Assembly: GCF_009914755.1 (NCBI RefSeq)
Contig: NC_060926.1
Source of the DNA: the human T2T-CHM13v2.0 reference genome, Homo sapiens
Direction: 5' to 3' (one strand)
Length of the DNA: 64,000 bases
Numbering within the stretch: position 1 is the stretch's first letter; every line of letters begins with the position of its first letter. Below the pieces are notes generated by a model that worked only from the letters and a program-made list of their open reading frames with translations, searched no databases and was not told the origin of the DNA. Positions 13,907 to 24,899 of this stretch are shown here, in pieces. The position numbers and the translations under genes are program-made.

Positions 13907-14742
13907 TGTGGTAAGGCAGAATTATGGCTCCCAAAAAGGCTCCACAGTCAAAAACGTATGACTGTGAATATGTTACCCTAAGTGGAAAAGGGAACTTTGA
14001 GGATGTAGTTAAGGAGACTGATCAGTTGACGTTAAAATAGGAAGATTTTTCAGAGTTCTCTCGGGAGGTCCCATGTAATCACTTGAGCCTTTAAAAGCAG
14101 GAGAGCCCAGCACTTTGGGAAGCCAAGGCAAGATGATCCCTTGAGCCCACGAGTTTGAGAGCAGCCTGAGAAACATAGCAAGACCCGGTATGTACAAAAA
14201 ACATTTAAAAATTAGCTGGGTGCACTGGTACATGCCTGTGATCTCAGCTACTCACTTGAGTCTGGGAGACCAAGGCTACAGTGAACTGTGACTGTGCCAC
14301 TGTGATTATGCCATAATGCCACTGCACTCCAGCCAGAGGCAAAACCCTGTGACAGAGCAAAACCCTGTCTAAAAGAAGGAGTAATTCAGACAGTTGAGTG
14401 AGAGTGTGAGTTAAGAAGCCCAAGAAGGGTTCCATTTGCTTTTGCAGGCTTGAAGAGGGAGGGATCCATGTGTCAGGGCAACAGAGACCTCAATCGTACA
14501 ACTACAATGAACTGAATTTTGCCAACAACTTGAGTTTAAAGGTAATTCTTCTTCACAGCCTGCAGAAAGAAATGCAAGTCTGCAGTCTTCCAGCACCTTG
14601 ATTTTGGCCTTGTAAGACCCTGAATAGAGAATTGAATATATTGTGGTAGACTTCTGATTTATACAATTATTATATAATAAGTGGGTATTATTTTAAGCTG
14701 ATAAAATTGTAATACATTATCAATCAACAGAAAACTAATACA
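13907..14742 (+). mobile_element. MLT1 (D/E-like) MaLR LTR, interrupted by an AluJ
   Basis: Starts 'tgtggtaaggcagaattatggctccc...tgtgaatatgttaccc...aaaagggaactttg' and ends 'aacagaaaactaataca'. Confidence 0.85.
14106..14375 (+). mobile_element. AluJ (5'-truncated, rearranged)
   Basis: 'cccagcactttgggaagcc...cttgagccc...aacatagcaagacc...aggctacagtgaactgtgac' (J diagnostics). Internal repeat 'gcaaaaccctgt' occurs twice. Confidence 0.88.
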
Positions 14743-15379
14743 CTATACATGATTTTTAAAAATCAAATTATACTATGCATCATATTTTAAGATCTGTTCC
14801 TATAAGAATATATTGAAAGTAGTTTACATATCAAATAGTTTGCACATGGACAAAATATTTAATATCTGTATGATATTTACTTTTTTGTCTGGATTATAAT
14901 TTATGCAAATGATCATCTATTTGAGGACATAGAGATTATTGTTATTTTTGCCATTAAAACTATGGTATGGTGAGAAAACTATTTTTGTACATCTGTCTTT
15001 GTAAACCCAGTGGAAGAATATGTGTAATCACTGTTTAAATTTTACATGAATATATAGATGGAATGCATAGATAACACAAACAAACCATGGCTATATAAAT
15101 AGTCCATCATTTATATGTATAAAAAACTTATAAGTTAGGTCTCTGAATCTTCTTATACACACAAATGCACGTTTGTGGATACCAAATGAATCTGAATCAA
15201 TTTATTCGTCTTAGTTCAATCCTCAAGTTCCTGACACTTTGCATTTAATAACTGAAGTTTTTCTATGGATTATATGCTCTAAATAACTTAAACAGTTAAA
15301 ACAAAGCATGCTTTTTGAGCATGTACTATATGTAGGTCCTCGTTTTGGTAGGTTGAAAAGAGAAGTATCACAGCTGTTC

Positions 15380-15694
15380 ACAGAGGCAGAGATGGCTATC
15401 TGACACCAAAACACACCTGCTCCTTTTCCATTAAAAAGTGTGGTTTCTGAGAAGAGACTGCACAGCCATGAACCTTATTCCCCAGAGGGCTGTGCATCTT
15501 CTTGAGCACAGGTAGCAGATTCTTGGCCAATGGGAAGGTGAGCAGAATGATAAGGGTTACTTCTTGGTTAAGGCACACCTGCTTCATCCTCTCTTCATGT
15601 GCTTGCTGGGTGCAGGAGATCCAGCAGAGGACCTTAGACCATGAGGGAATTGGAAAGTGCACAGATGTACAAAGCCTGGGCTACTGAGTCACTA
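15380..15694 (+). mobile_element. MLT1 (G/H-like) LTR, 5' part (host of the NUMT)
   Basis: 'ggccaatgggaaggtgagcagaatgataagggttacttc' and 'aagcctgggctactgagtcact' are MLT1-type motifs. The matching 3' end resumes after 17664. Confidence 0.6.
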
Positions 15695-16456
15695 TTTGGT
15701 GCTTTTATGTACTTGGTGCATTACTGCTAGTCCCCATGGATAATAAATAGTACTATAATTGTTTATTCTTACATAGTACACTCATATATAGTTTTACATT
15801 ACAAACCTAGTCCACGTACATAGAAGCACATATTAAGAATTCCCTAATCAACTATCACACATCTATTATTGACTGTACAATAAAACCTAATCCACACGGA
15901 TATTGATCCATACTGCAAATCCTTAATATTACATAGTGCATACATTCGTTCATCGGACATAACACGTTTTAGTCAAGAAGTCCCTTGCCGACGTGGATGT
16001 CCCCTACCAATTTTTGGACTCTTAATCTACCAACCTCCGAGAAATCATCATCCCGCTAGGGAGTGCTACCCTCCTCGCTCCAGGCCCATGATACTTGGGG
16101 GTGACTATACTGAAACTATACCTGGCATCTGATTCTTACTTTAGGGCCATAGAACTAAGATCGCCCACATGTTCCCTTAAATAAGACATCTCAATGGACT
16201 AATGACTACCACCCTATGAACCAGTCACGGGAGCACTGTCATGCATTTGGTATTTTTAACTTTGGGGGATGCTGTCACTCACCATCGCGGAAGGCCTGGT
16301 CCCTGCCAAATCCACTGTAGGCAAACTCGGATTTAATTACTGACGAATCAATTGTAGAAGCTGAGCTTATATTGAATATTCCGGGGTGGCATATAATAAC
16401 CAAAAGATGTTAATTAATTCATGCTTGAAGGACATAACAGTTAATCAATAGGGACT

Positions 16457-16511
16457 CACGTACGCACGTGTGTACACTCACGCACGCACGTACATACGTA
16501 CGTACGTACGC
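16457..16511 (+). repeat. (TACG/CACG)n tandem array between CSB1 and CSB2 of the NUMT (RS3/R2-like)
   Basis: cacgtacgcacgtgtgtacactcacgcacgcacgtacatacgtacgtacgtacgc, with 10 CpG in 55 bp. Confidence 0.9.
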
Positions 16512-16519
16512 TCAATTTC

Positions 16520-16747
16520 TTTTCTTTTTTTTTTTTTTTTTTGAGACGGAGTCTCCCTCTGTCGCCCAGGCTGGAGTGCAGTGGCGTGATCTCGGCTCAC
16601 TGCAAGCTCCGCCTCCGGAGTTCACGCCATTCTCCTGCCTCAGCCTCCAGAACAGCTGGGACTACAGGCGCCCGCCACCACGCCCAGCGAATTTTTGTAA
16701 TTTTACTAGAGACGGGGTTTCACTGTGTTAGCCAGAATGGTCTCGCC
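16520..16747 (-). mobile_element. 5'-truncated AluY inserted in the NUMT
   Basis: Poly-T then 'gagacggagtctc...gcaagctccgcctcc...ttcacgccattctcc', ending at 'ggtctcg'. 12-bp TSD acgctcaatttc (16508-16519) / acgctccatttc (16748-16759). Confidence 0.95.
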
Positions 16748-17225
16748 ACGCTCCATTTCAAGAACTATTTCCGATTAGATCCGCAAACCACCCCCATCTC
16801 TGACTTTACCGTCAGCGTAGGTAAACATACCCTTACCAAACCCCAAAAACAAGAGACTAAAATGCAACCCAGTCAGAGCCCAGAAATCATATTTTAACCA
16901 CGAACACCCCAACAGCTACCCCTCGATTGATGTAATTTTCCTAAAAAATCTTAGGACCCTCCTACTAAATTAATCCTCCATTTTGTATAATAAATATAAT
17001 AACTAAATATCTGCCCTACTACTAACACCTTGAGCATATCCCTCTGAAAGCGCAGCCCCATATATCATATCCCAAATCAGTCATACTCTAATTATGAGTA
17101 ATCCTCTCAGCCAAACCTCTGCCAATTCAACTTTAAAGACCCTGAATTTCCAGAACTGTAAACGACTATTTATACTTAGTTCTTTCTTTATCATATTTTC
17201 ATTTTTACACTTAAGTGTTTATGCA

Positions 17226-17296
17226 GTTAATGTAGTTTAATTATTCAAAGCAAGACATTGAAAACGTCTAGGTGGGTCTGCACAACCCCCAAAAAA
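17226..17296 (+). pseudogene. MT-TF: Mitochondrial tRNA-Phe pseudogene (NUMT)
   Basis: 'gttaatgtagtttaattattcaaagcaagacattgaaaacgtctaggtgggtctgcacaacccccaaaaaa' has a GAA anticodon (ttgaaaa loop) and lies between the D-loop and 12S, as in vertebrate mtDNA. Confidence 0.92.
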
Positions 17297-17664
17297 GATA
17301 GGTTTGGTCCTGGCATTTTTATTAACTCTCAGTAAGATTACACATGCAAGCATCCCCACTCCAGTGAAAATGCCCTCTAGATCACCGGGATCAAAAGAGC
17401 AGGTATCAAGCACGCACAAATGCAGCTCAAAACACTTTGCTCAACCGTACCCCCACGGGAAACAGCAGTGATAAATCTTTAGTAATAAACGAAAGTTTCA
17501 CTAAGCTATACCAATATTTAGAGTTGGTCAATTTCTTGCCGGCCACCATGGCCATTCAAATGACCCAAGCCGATAGAGCTCCACGTAAAGAGTGTTTAAG
17601 GTCTACCCTCAATAAAGCTAAACTCCATCTAAGTTGTAAAAAAAAAAAAAAAAAACTCCAGCTG
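17297..17664 (+). pseudogene. MT-RNR1: Mitochondrial 12S rRNA pseudogene, 5' ~360 nt (NUMT)
   Basis: 'ataggtttggtcctggc...agtaagattacacatgcaagcatcccc...acccccacgggaaacagcagtgat...aataaacgaaagtt...gttggtcaatttc...cgtaaagagtgttt...aataaagctaaa...gttgtaaaa..ctccagctg'. Confidence 0.96.
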
Positions 17665-17673
17665 TAGCAATAG

Positions 17674-18023
<350 letters not shown>

Positions 18024-18093
18024 GAATAATCTATTTTCATTGTGTTATTTTTGGGTTTTGGAGTTTATAGGATACAAGAGATAGCATTACTTT

Positions 18094-18428
18094 TTTAAAC
18101 AAAATATTTATTTGTTTATTTTTCTTGAAACAGAGTCTTGCTCTGTCCCCCAAGCTGGAGTGCAGTGTCACAATCACGGCTCACTGAAGCTTCTGCCTCC
18201 CGGGTTCAAGTAATCCTCTCACTTCAGCCTCCTGAGTAGCTGGGATTACAGGTATGCACCACCCCACCCGCTAATTTTTGTATTTTACTAAAATACAAAA
18301 ATACAAAAAGTAGAGACAGGGTTTTGTCATATTGGTCAGACTAGTCTAGAACTCCTGGCCTCGAGGGATCTGCCCACCTTGGCCTCCATAACTGCTGGGA
18401 TTACAGCTGTGAGCCACGGTGCCAAGCC
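18094..18428 (-). mobile_element. AluJ (Jb-like)
   Basis: 'acaatcacggctcactg...aagtaatcctctcacttcagcc'. 15-bp TSD agatagcattacttt (18079-18093 / 18430-18444). Confidence 0.92.
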
Positions 18429-18536
18429 AAGATAGCATTACTTTAGCTAATGTATTTTCACCCTTTTTTGAGCATAAGAAATTGTGAATACAAAGTTAGC
18501 AAATAAGAAGTAACTAAGGATCAGTTACTTGCTAAA

Positions 18537-18570
18537 TGTGTGTGTGTGTGTGTGTGTTTGTGTGTGTGTG
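18537..18570 (+). repeat. (TG)n microsatellite
   Basis: Interrupted TG run. Confidence 0.95.
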
Positions 18571-19199
18571 CTAAAGCTGATCATCTTTATAATTACAGAG
18601 AGTTGAGAAAAGAATCAGAGGATTATCACTGGACAGGATCTCACAAAGATTGTGATCACCAATTATACAAGTGATTACTGACAACCTCTTCTCTTTTAGG
18701 CCATATGTTGGGTTCCAGGATACAGACATTATATGGAAAGACAATTCGAGCATCCTCCCACCCTAGATCTAGCGGGGCAAAGTACACTAGGATCAAATGC
18801 TAACAATTTAAGAATTTACTTGGCATGCTTCAGAAAAGAGACATTATATCTCACTTTCCTCAGGGGAATGTTAAGCTTTTCTTTTTTTTTTTTTTTAATC
18901 TCAGAAAGAGTACATTTGATAGGAGACTCAAGAACAAATGAAAATTAAATGACAGGGTGGGCCTGGCAGGGAGGCCCAACCAGAAAACTGATAAAGCATC
19001 ATGAACAAAACATGAGAGCAGAAATGTGTATTTTTGCTATTGAAATGTTGAAGAAAATCTGCCTCATTTAAGGGAAGAATATTGAAGATAAATATAATGA
19101 AAGATGTGGTATACTGGGATTACTTTAAGTGGAAAAATAAATTTGATATCAAAAAAGCAAAAGTTTTTCAGACCATAACCAGTATTTCAATTAAAGAGA

Positions 19200-20480
19200 A
19201 AACAAAAGAGGTTTTTTAACCAGGAACTAAATAAAGATGACCATCACCTTTACTAATATTTAATGTATTTGTTAACAATATTTGCTGTTGAATTTACTAG
19301 AAAAAAAATTGTAGGCATTAAAATAAAAAAGAAAAAATATGAAACTACATGTGCTTATGATATGAATATGATTATATATTTTGAAAACCCCAAAAAGTTC
19401 ATGGAAAAAGTACTCATTGGGCAGGAAAAAGTACAAGACAGAGCTGGAACCTCTTACCAAACCAGGCCAGAAAGAAGCTGTCAAAAACTACTACCAAAAG
19501 GAGGCAGAACCCAGCCTGAATGAACTTTAACTTCCAGTTATAGGTTGATTTGAACATCTATGGGTACGATAACAACATTAGATCAAACTCATTAGATACG
19601 TAAGTCCGTAACCTTCTGATGATACTTCGAAAGCAACTTTTATTGGACATCTTTCAAGAGTTCCAAGGAAGCCACCCATTATTCTTGAAATTTGGCAAAT
19701 AAAGGGAAAGAAGCAAGCATTTATCCAGATTTTCCAGCTTGAACTATAACTTATAATAATTGAATAGTTTATTAAAAGTTTCTTTTAAAGAAGCATTCTA
19801 CCTAATAAGTAAAACAGAAATATTGAAGTTTGAATATTGCAGCTTGCAATGCTAAATCAATGAATAGATTTCACTAATCATTGTCAATGACTGCTAATAA
19901 AAAGATAAACATACATTATGAGTTTCCTGAATTATCAATAGTACCTATAAAGTAGGCTTACCAATGAATAAATGAATACATTAATTAATTAATCTGGCTA
20001 CCTATTTGCAGAAACTAAGAGACAGAGGAATGTATAAAATACTACCATGAATAGCCACTCTTTGAAATTTTGACTGCCAGGAATTCTATGAAACAAATAA
20101 ACAAATCTTCAACAAAACATTGCATTGTTGAAAACATAAATGAGGAAATATTAGTCACGTCCATACATAAATACACAAATTTAACACTAAATATTTAATA
20201 ATAGTAAGAAATTATTGTTAATTTTGTTTTGGTGAGATAATATTGTGGTTTTGCTAACAAGAAGAGCTTTTATCTATTAGAAATACATAGCTACATATTA
20301 ATTGGTGAATGGTATGATGCCTGGATTTGCTTCACAGTTATTCTAGGGGCAGAATGAATAAGTGGAGATATAGAGAAAATAAGATTTGCCATGAGTGAGT
20401 TGGCCTTTATTGAAGCCAGGTCCATGAAGATTCATTGCACAATTTCTCTTTTGTATGTTTGAAAATGTTTTGACTATTTT
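19200..20480 (+). mobile_element. Ancient L1 (L1MC/L1ME-type) RT fragment and 3' UTR
   Basis: ORF track 'CAYDMNMIIYFENPK' is a degenerate [14 protein letters not shown]. 3' UTR-like 'tatgatgcctggatttgcttca...tttgtatgtttgaaaatg'. Confidence 0.7.
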
Positions 20481-20944
20481 TTTAATTGCAAGTGTTATTT
20501 AAACACTATTCAAAGCTCAATAGTCAAGATTTCAAAGGATGTAGTGAAACACATTATTGTATGTACTGTTTGCTTAGGTATAAACTGTAAAATGCTTTTA
20601 GGAAAAAATTTATTATTAGAATTAAAAGTGTTAAAAGATGTATGCCATTGACCTAATGATGTCCGGAACAGGGATCTAGTCTAAAGGTGAAATTAGAAAT
20701 ACATATAAGAACATATGCCCCAAACAGTTTATTAAAGTAAAATATAGGGGCAACTAAGACATTCAATAATATTAAAAAATAAGTAACTATGTCTATTGCA
20801 TTGAATATCACATTGATATATCTGATTTTTTTAAGAGCTTTCATGGCAAGGGAGTCTCAACTCATGATAAAATGCAAACTTAAGTAAACTGGGCTCAACA
20901 AGATATTATGTTATTGCATCTGTGTAGGAAATACATTTGTATTC

Positions 20945-22080
20945 AACCATTCATTCATGATTGATTCAACTCACATTCATTAAGTGCCTTCTATGAGCTG
21001 GATGCTGTAAAAGCTACTGGGGATACAGTGAGAAGAATGACAGACATGGTTTTCACTTCCAGTGAATGTAGTTGTTGGCTGGTTTGTTGACTTGTTTCCA
21101 TGGCAAAAGATTGGATACAATCATAAGCAAAACACAGATCTTTCTGCTGAGATCTTTCAAAAATGTTTCCAAGAAATGGCTAGACAATTACAAAAAGTAA
21201 GTATTATGAAATATGTTACCTGAAAACAACTATGGAGGTACTCAGGAGAAATATTTCCATAACCCCTCTAAAATGGTTGTGGTGACTCTAACACTAGGAC
21301 TTAATGGATAAGTAAGAGTTAATGAGCTAAATGGAGTATAGAGTGAATAAAAGGACAAAGCATCTAGAAAAAAATGTCAGAACAAACAAAAGAAAGAAGG
21401 TCATTGAAGTTAAAACAGTCTAGTGTAGTGAAAGATGTGGTCACCTCTGATTGTAGCTTGCAACTCACTGGCCAGGAAGGCAGGTTCCAGGAGTCTTTTG
21501 GCATGGGGTTGAGGTCTGAGAATAGGGTTCTGACTTATCCTAGGGAAATGGAAAACCGCTGAAGGAATGGGCTCTAGAGCAGGGATGTCATAGGAATCTG
21601 GGGGATTTAAACTTTGCTCTTTATACTTTTTTGTAGCTGGCAAATTCAGAGAAAAATAAAGCTAGAGGAATTTAGATCTGAAATTCTGGGCCAACACCAG
21701 TGTAAGTTCTTCAGTGGAGGTAACAAATGAGAAAATGGCATTTAAGGAAGATTAAAGAAACACCAGGGAATGAGTCAGTTACAAAGAAGAAAAATAAAGC
21801 CTGGAAGAAAAGTTCATAGTATCCATATATAAGAGATGTGAAGGATCTGAGTAAAAGAGCTGACAGGGTGATAAAAGAATAGGTGAATTTGAGATCCTTT
21901 GAAGAAAGAAGTGACAAGACAGTGACAAGTAAGCTGTGAATGACTGAGAGGGAGGACTCCAAATGACTGAGAAGGCTGAGACAGGAGAGGATCATGCTAT
22001 GACTTATTAGAAGGAAAGAAGCATTTGCATTGACAACTAACCACCTGAGATACACAGGCTGTCCAGCGTATTTTTGAAAA
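20945..22080 (-). mobile_element. L2 3' region fragments
   Basis: 'cattcattcatgattgattcaactcacattcattaagtgccttctatg...ctactggggatacagtgag' is the reverse complement of the L2 3' end, followed by A/G-rich L2-like sequence. Confidence 0.72.
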
Positions 22081-23469
22081 GTGTTATTAAGTGCCTTTAA
22101 GTCACTTCTGACTGAAATGAAGATCACGTCCCCCTCCCACACACAAACACAATGCAGTGTTTGTGATATACTTGTTAATTTGCTCATGCCATAAACATGC
22201 AGTTATCAACTTTTGGGAGCCAAACACTCTGTAACGGTTAAGTTCTTCAAGGAGATTGGGAGCTATTGAAGTCTAGATTTTGAGGATCAAAGTGGCCATT
22301 TAAAAAATGTTGTGACAAGTAATTAAGTGAGCCATGGTAAGGATTTTCAAAGATATTCACATGGGAACAACACACGCAGCTCAAAATGCAACACAAAGAA
22401 ATAAATTGCTATTTATTTCCTTCTGGATCATTTTTATGAATTCTATGGTGGAGCACTCTTAAATAAAGTAGAGCCCTTCATCATAGGTGGAATTCCTACT
22501 AAATAAAAATTATTTTTAAAGGTGAAGGTACTACATTATATTAGAGCAAAAATAGGTGGTCTGGACATGAGTGCAATGGATTTCTGTGCATTCATCTTTG
22601 CATACATTTTAAATGGACAGCTGTCAAATTCCTTGCATATGCTGAATTCAAATTTTAGAACACTAGTTGATGAATCAACATTTTAGGTTCTCTCAGGCTG
22701 ACAGTTTTCTGCTTATCCATTGATTTGATAGTTATTTTCTCATCTGTTAGCACAGTAGTGTTTTTTGAATGTTATTGCATCCCACCTAATGGAAACTGGA
22801 AAAATAAAAGTGCTGATACCAACAGTAAGAACTCTGGGTCTCTTAATGGAATACAATGGAGACTCACAGTCATCTGCTATGCTGGTCAGAGCAATCCTTA
22901 GCTTCTATCAAATCAACATCAGTAAATTTTAGTCATTAAAGAAAAAAATAAAAGTAATGATGGAAATTAATATTCAAGTTTGACATGCCATTAAACATAT
23001 TAGACTATTTTTAACTTCCTGTAACTGAAAGTTGTGGTTATAATGAATGACAATCGCTTGCTTTTCTCCATTTAATAATTGTTCACCTTTATGGTAATAT
23101 ATTTTGAGGTAGTGAAAGAGGGAATTGCTTGCTCAGAACTTCAGGTGTTTTTGTCCATTTTTTTCCATTTTAAACTCATAGCAATCTTTTGAAGGGATAA
23201 TTTTCATCCCTATTTCATTGATGAAGAAAACAAAGTTTATTGACATTAATAAACTAGACATTTAAAATAATTTGTGAATGGCAGAGGTGAGAGTCAAATC
23301 ACATCCTAACTGTATATCTATATCCACATATAAATTCAGGCTAACAAGTTCCCTTAAAAATTTTTTATAAAAATATAAATGTATTTTTTTTCTGGAAAAC
23401 TGTAGAAAAAACAGGACTTAGCTAATGAAAATCTGCAATTGCCTTTCCCTGTTGTTATCATTAGCCACT

Positions 23470-23990
23470 CTTTCAACCTCAATTCCCCAGAAATCAGAGC
23501 TTGAGATTATGGCCTAGTTCTGATTGTTGATGGAGCATATGATTTCCAGAGGTAGAAATAAGAGATGAGAAGTGATGCAAGCATGGGGGGGGCGCGGATG
23601 AGGCAGGGGCTGATATGAGTATGAGTGAAAGATATGGTCACCTCTGTAAGTGTTCTGATCCTCAGACCTTCAGAGCAGACACATTATGAGACTCAGGATG
23701 GTCCCTATGGAGAAAGTGGATTCATTTAACCACAGGATCCCATCTCCATTGGTCAAAGGTTTACCTGTGAGGACTTAGGGACCCCTGTCCCATGCTACTT
23801 GCAGGTTATAAATGCATGGGCACCAAGCCGACATCCAATGTGGGAGACAAGCAGGACTTAGCCAGGCCCTGGGGCAAGGCCTTAGCAGGTGGTTCCTGTT
23901 TGAAGTTAGAACCCACATAGGACTGGTGTCTGTAGTGATGCCTAGGAGCAGAGAGAGACCAGGCCAAGATGAAACAACTTGGTGCACAAG
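23470..23990 (-). mobile_element. ERVL LTR fragment (LTR16/LTR33-like)
   Basis: 'ttccccagaaatcagagcttgaga...' and 'cccatctccattggtcaaagg' resemble antisense LTR16/33. Confidence 0.5.
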
Positions 23991-24104
23991 AGGTGACTGA
24001 CATATGCATACATAGGTAGGTGCATAATACATTTATATGTGTGCACATATTATGATCATCCTTCATCTATCCATTTAATAACGATTTTTTAAAAACTGCA
24101 ATGT

Positions 24105-24406
<302 letters not shown>

Positions 24407-24444
24407 CCCTGCAATGTAACTAATTTTGTACTAAGAAATAGGAA

Positions 24445-24446
<2 letters not shown>

Positions 24447-24480
<34 letters not shown>
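24447..24480 (+). repeat. (GT)17 microsatellite
   Basis: Pure GT run. Confidence 0.95.
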
Positions 24481-24482
<2 letters not shown>

Positions 24483-24899
24483 TTTTAAATTCATATACAC
24501 TCACAGTCAGAGCCATCAAAAACATAAGGTATCCTGAGAAAAGGAGATGGATGAGGACCAGCACTAATGATGCTGTCAATGTTCTAGTAGAATTATGTGA
24601 GTGGTCCTCAAGGCACATAGGTGGTCAGTTCTCCTTGTAGGGAAGCTTAGGAGAAAGAAGCTGATGTTTCCAGACAAAGGACACTGGAGTGTACAGAGAC
24701 AACATCATGATAAAGCTGTTTTCTATAGATGTGAGAGACTAACACAAACCTAAAACCTAGAACCAAAGTTGATAGGTAGGCAAATGGTATCATTTCCTTT
24801 TCCTTTTCATCCTGTGGTAGAGAATGTTCTCCTAGTAAGTGAGCTGGTGGATTGGAGAAAGATCCCTAATAACAGGAAAATCATTAGGAAGTAATGATA

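Larger units (their letters stand above)
15695..17225 (+). other. NUMT control region (D-loop) remnant with CSB1 (~16411-16437), CSB2 (~16784-16800) and CSB3 (~16834-16853)
   Basis: CSB1 'taattaattcatgcttgaaggacataa', CSB2 'caaaccacccccatctc', CSB3 'taccaaaccccaaaaacaag'. Confidence 0.92.
15695..17664 (+). pseudogene. NUMT: nuclear copy of mitochondrial control region + tRNA-Phe + 5' 12S rRNA
   Basis: Colinear mtDNA landmarks: TAS-like 'tatgtacttggtgcattactgctagtccccatg' ~15706; central domain 'cctcgctccaggcccat', 'ggcatctgattcttactttagggccat', 'ttcccttaaataagacatc', 'catgcatttggtatttt'; CSB1-3; tRNA-Phe; 12S. It is embedded in nuclear repeats and interrupted by an Alu. Confidence 0.97.

Noticed and set aside
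16468-16897. ORFs of 87 and 118 aa (and similar ORFs at 4048, 17680, 24164, 61010)
   Set aside because: These are typical antisense-Alu translations (LECSG..., SPASAS...).
17226-17664. Functional tRNA/rRNA genes or real mitochondrial contamination
   Set aside because: The 12S is truncated, has CpG-decay changes and an A18 expansion, and the segment is interrupted by an Alu with TSD and embedded in nuclear repeats.
21711-22187. 158-aa minus-strand ORF
   Set aside because: Leu/Ser-rich translation of CT-rich L2-like sequence with no recognisable domain.
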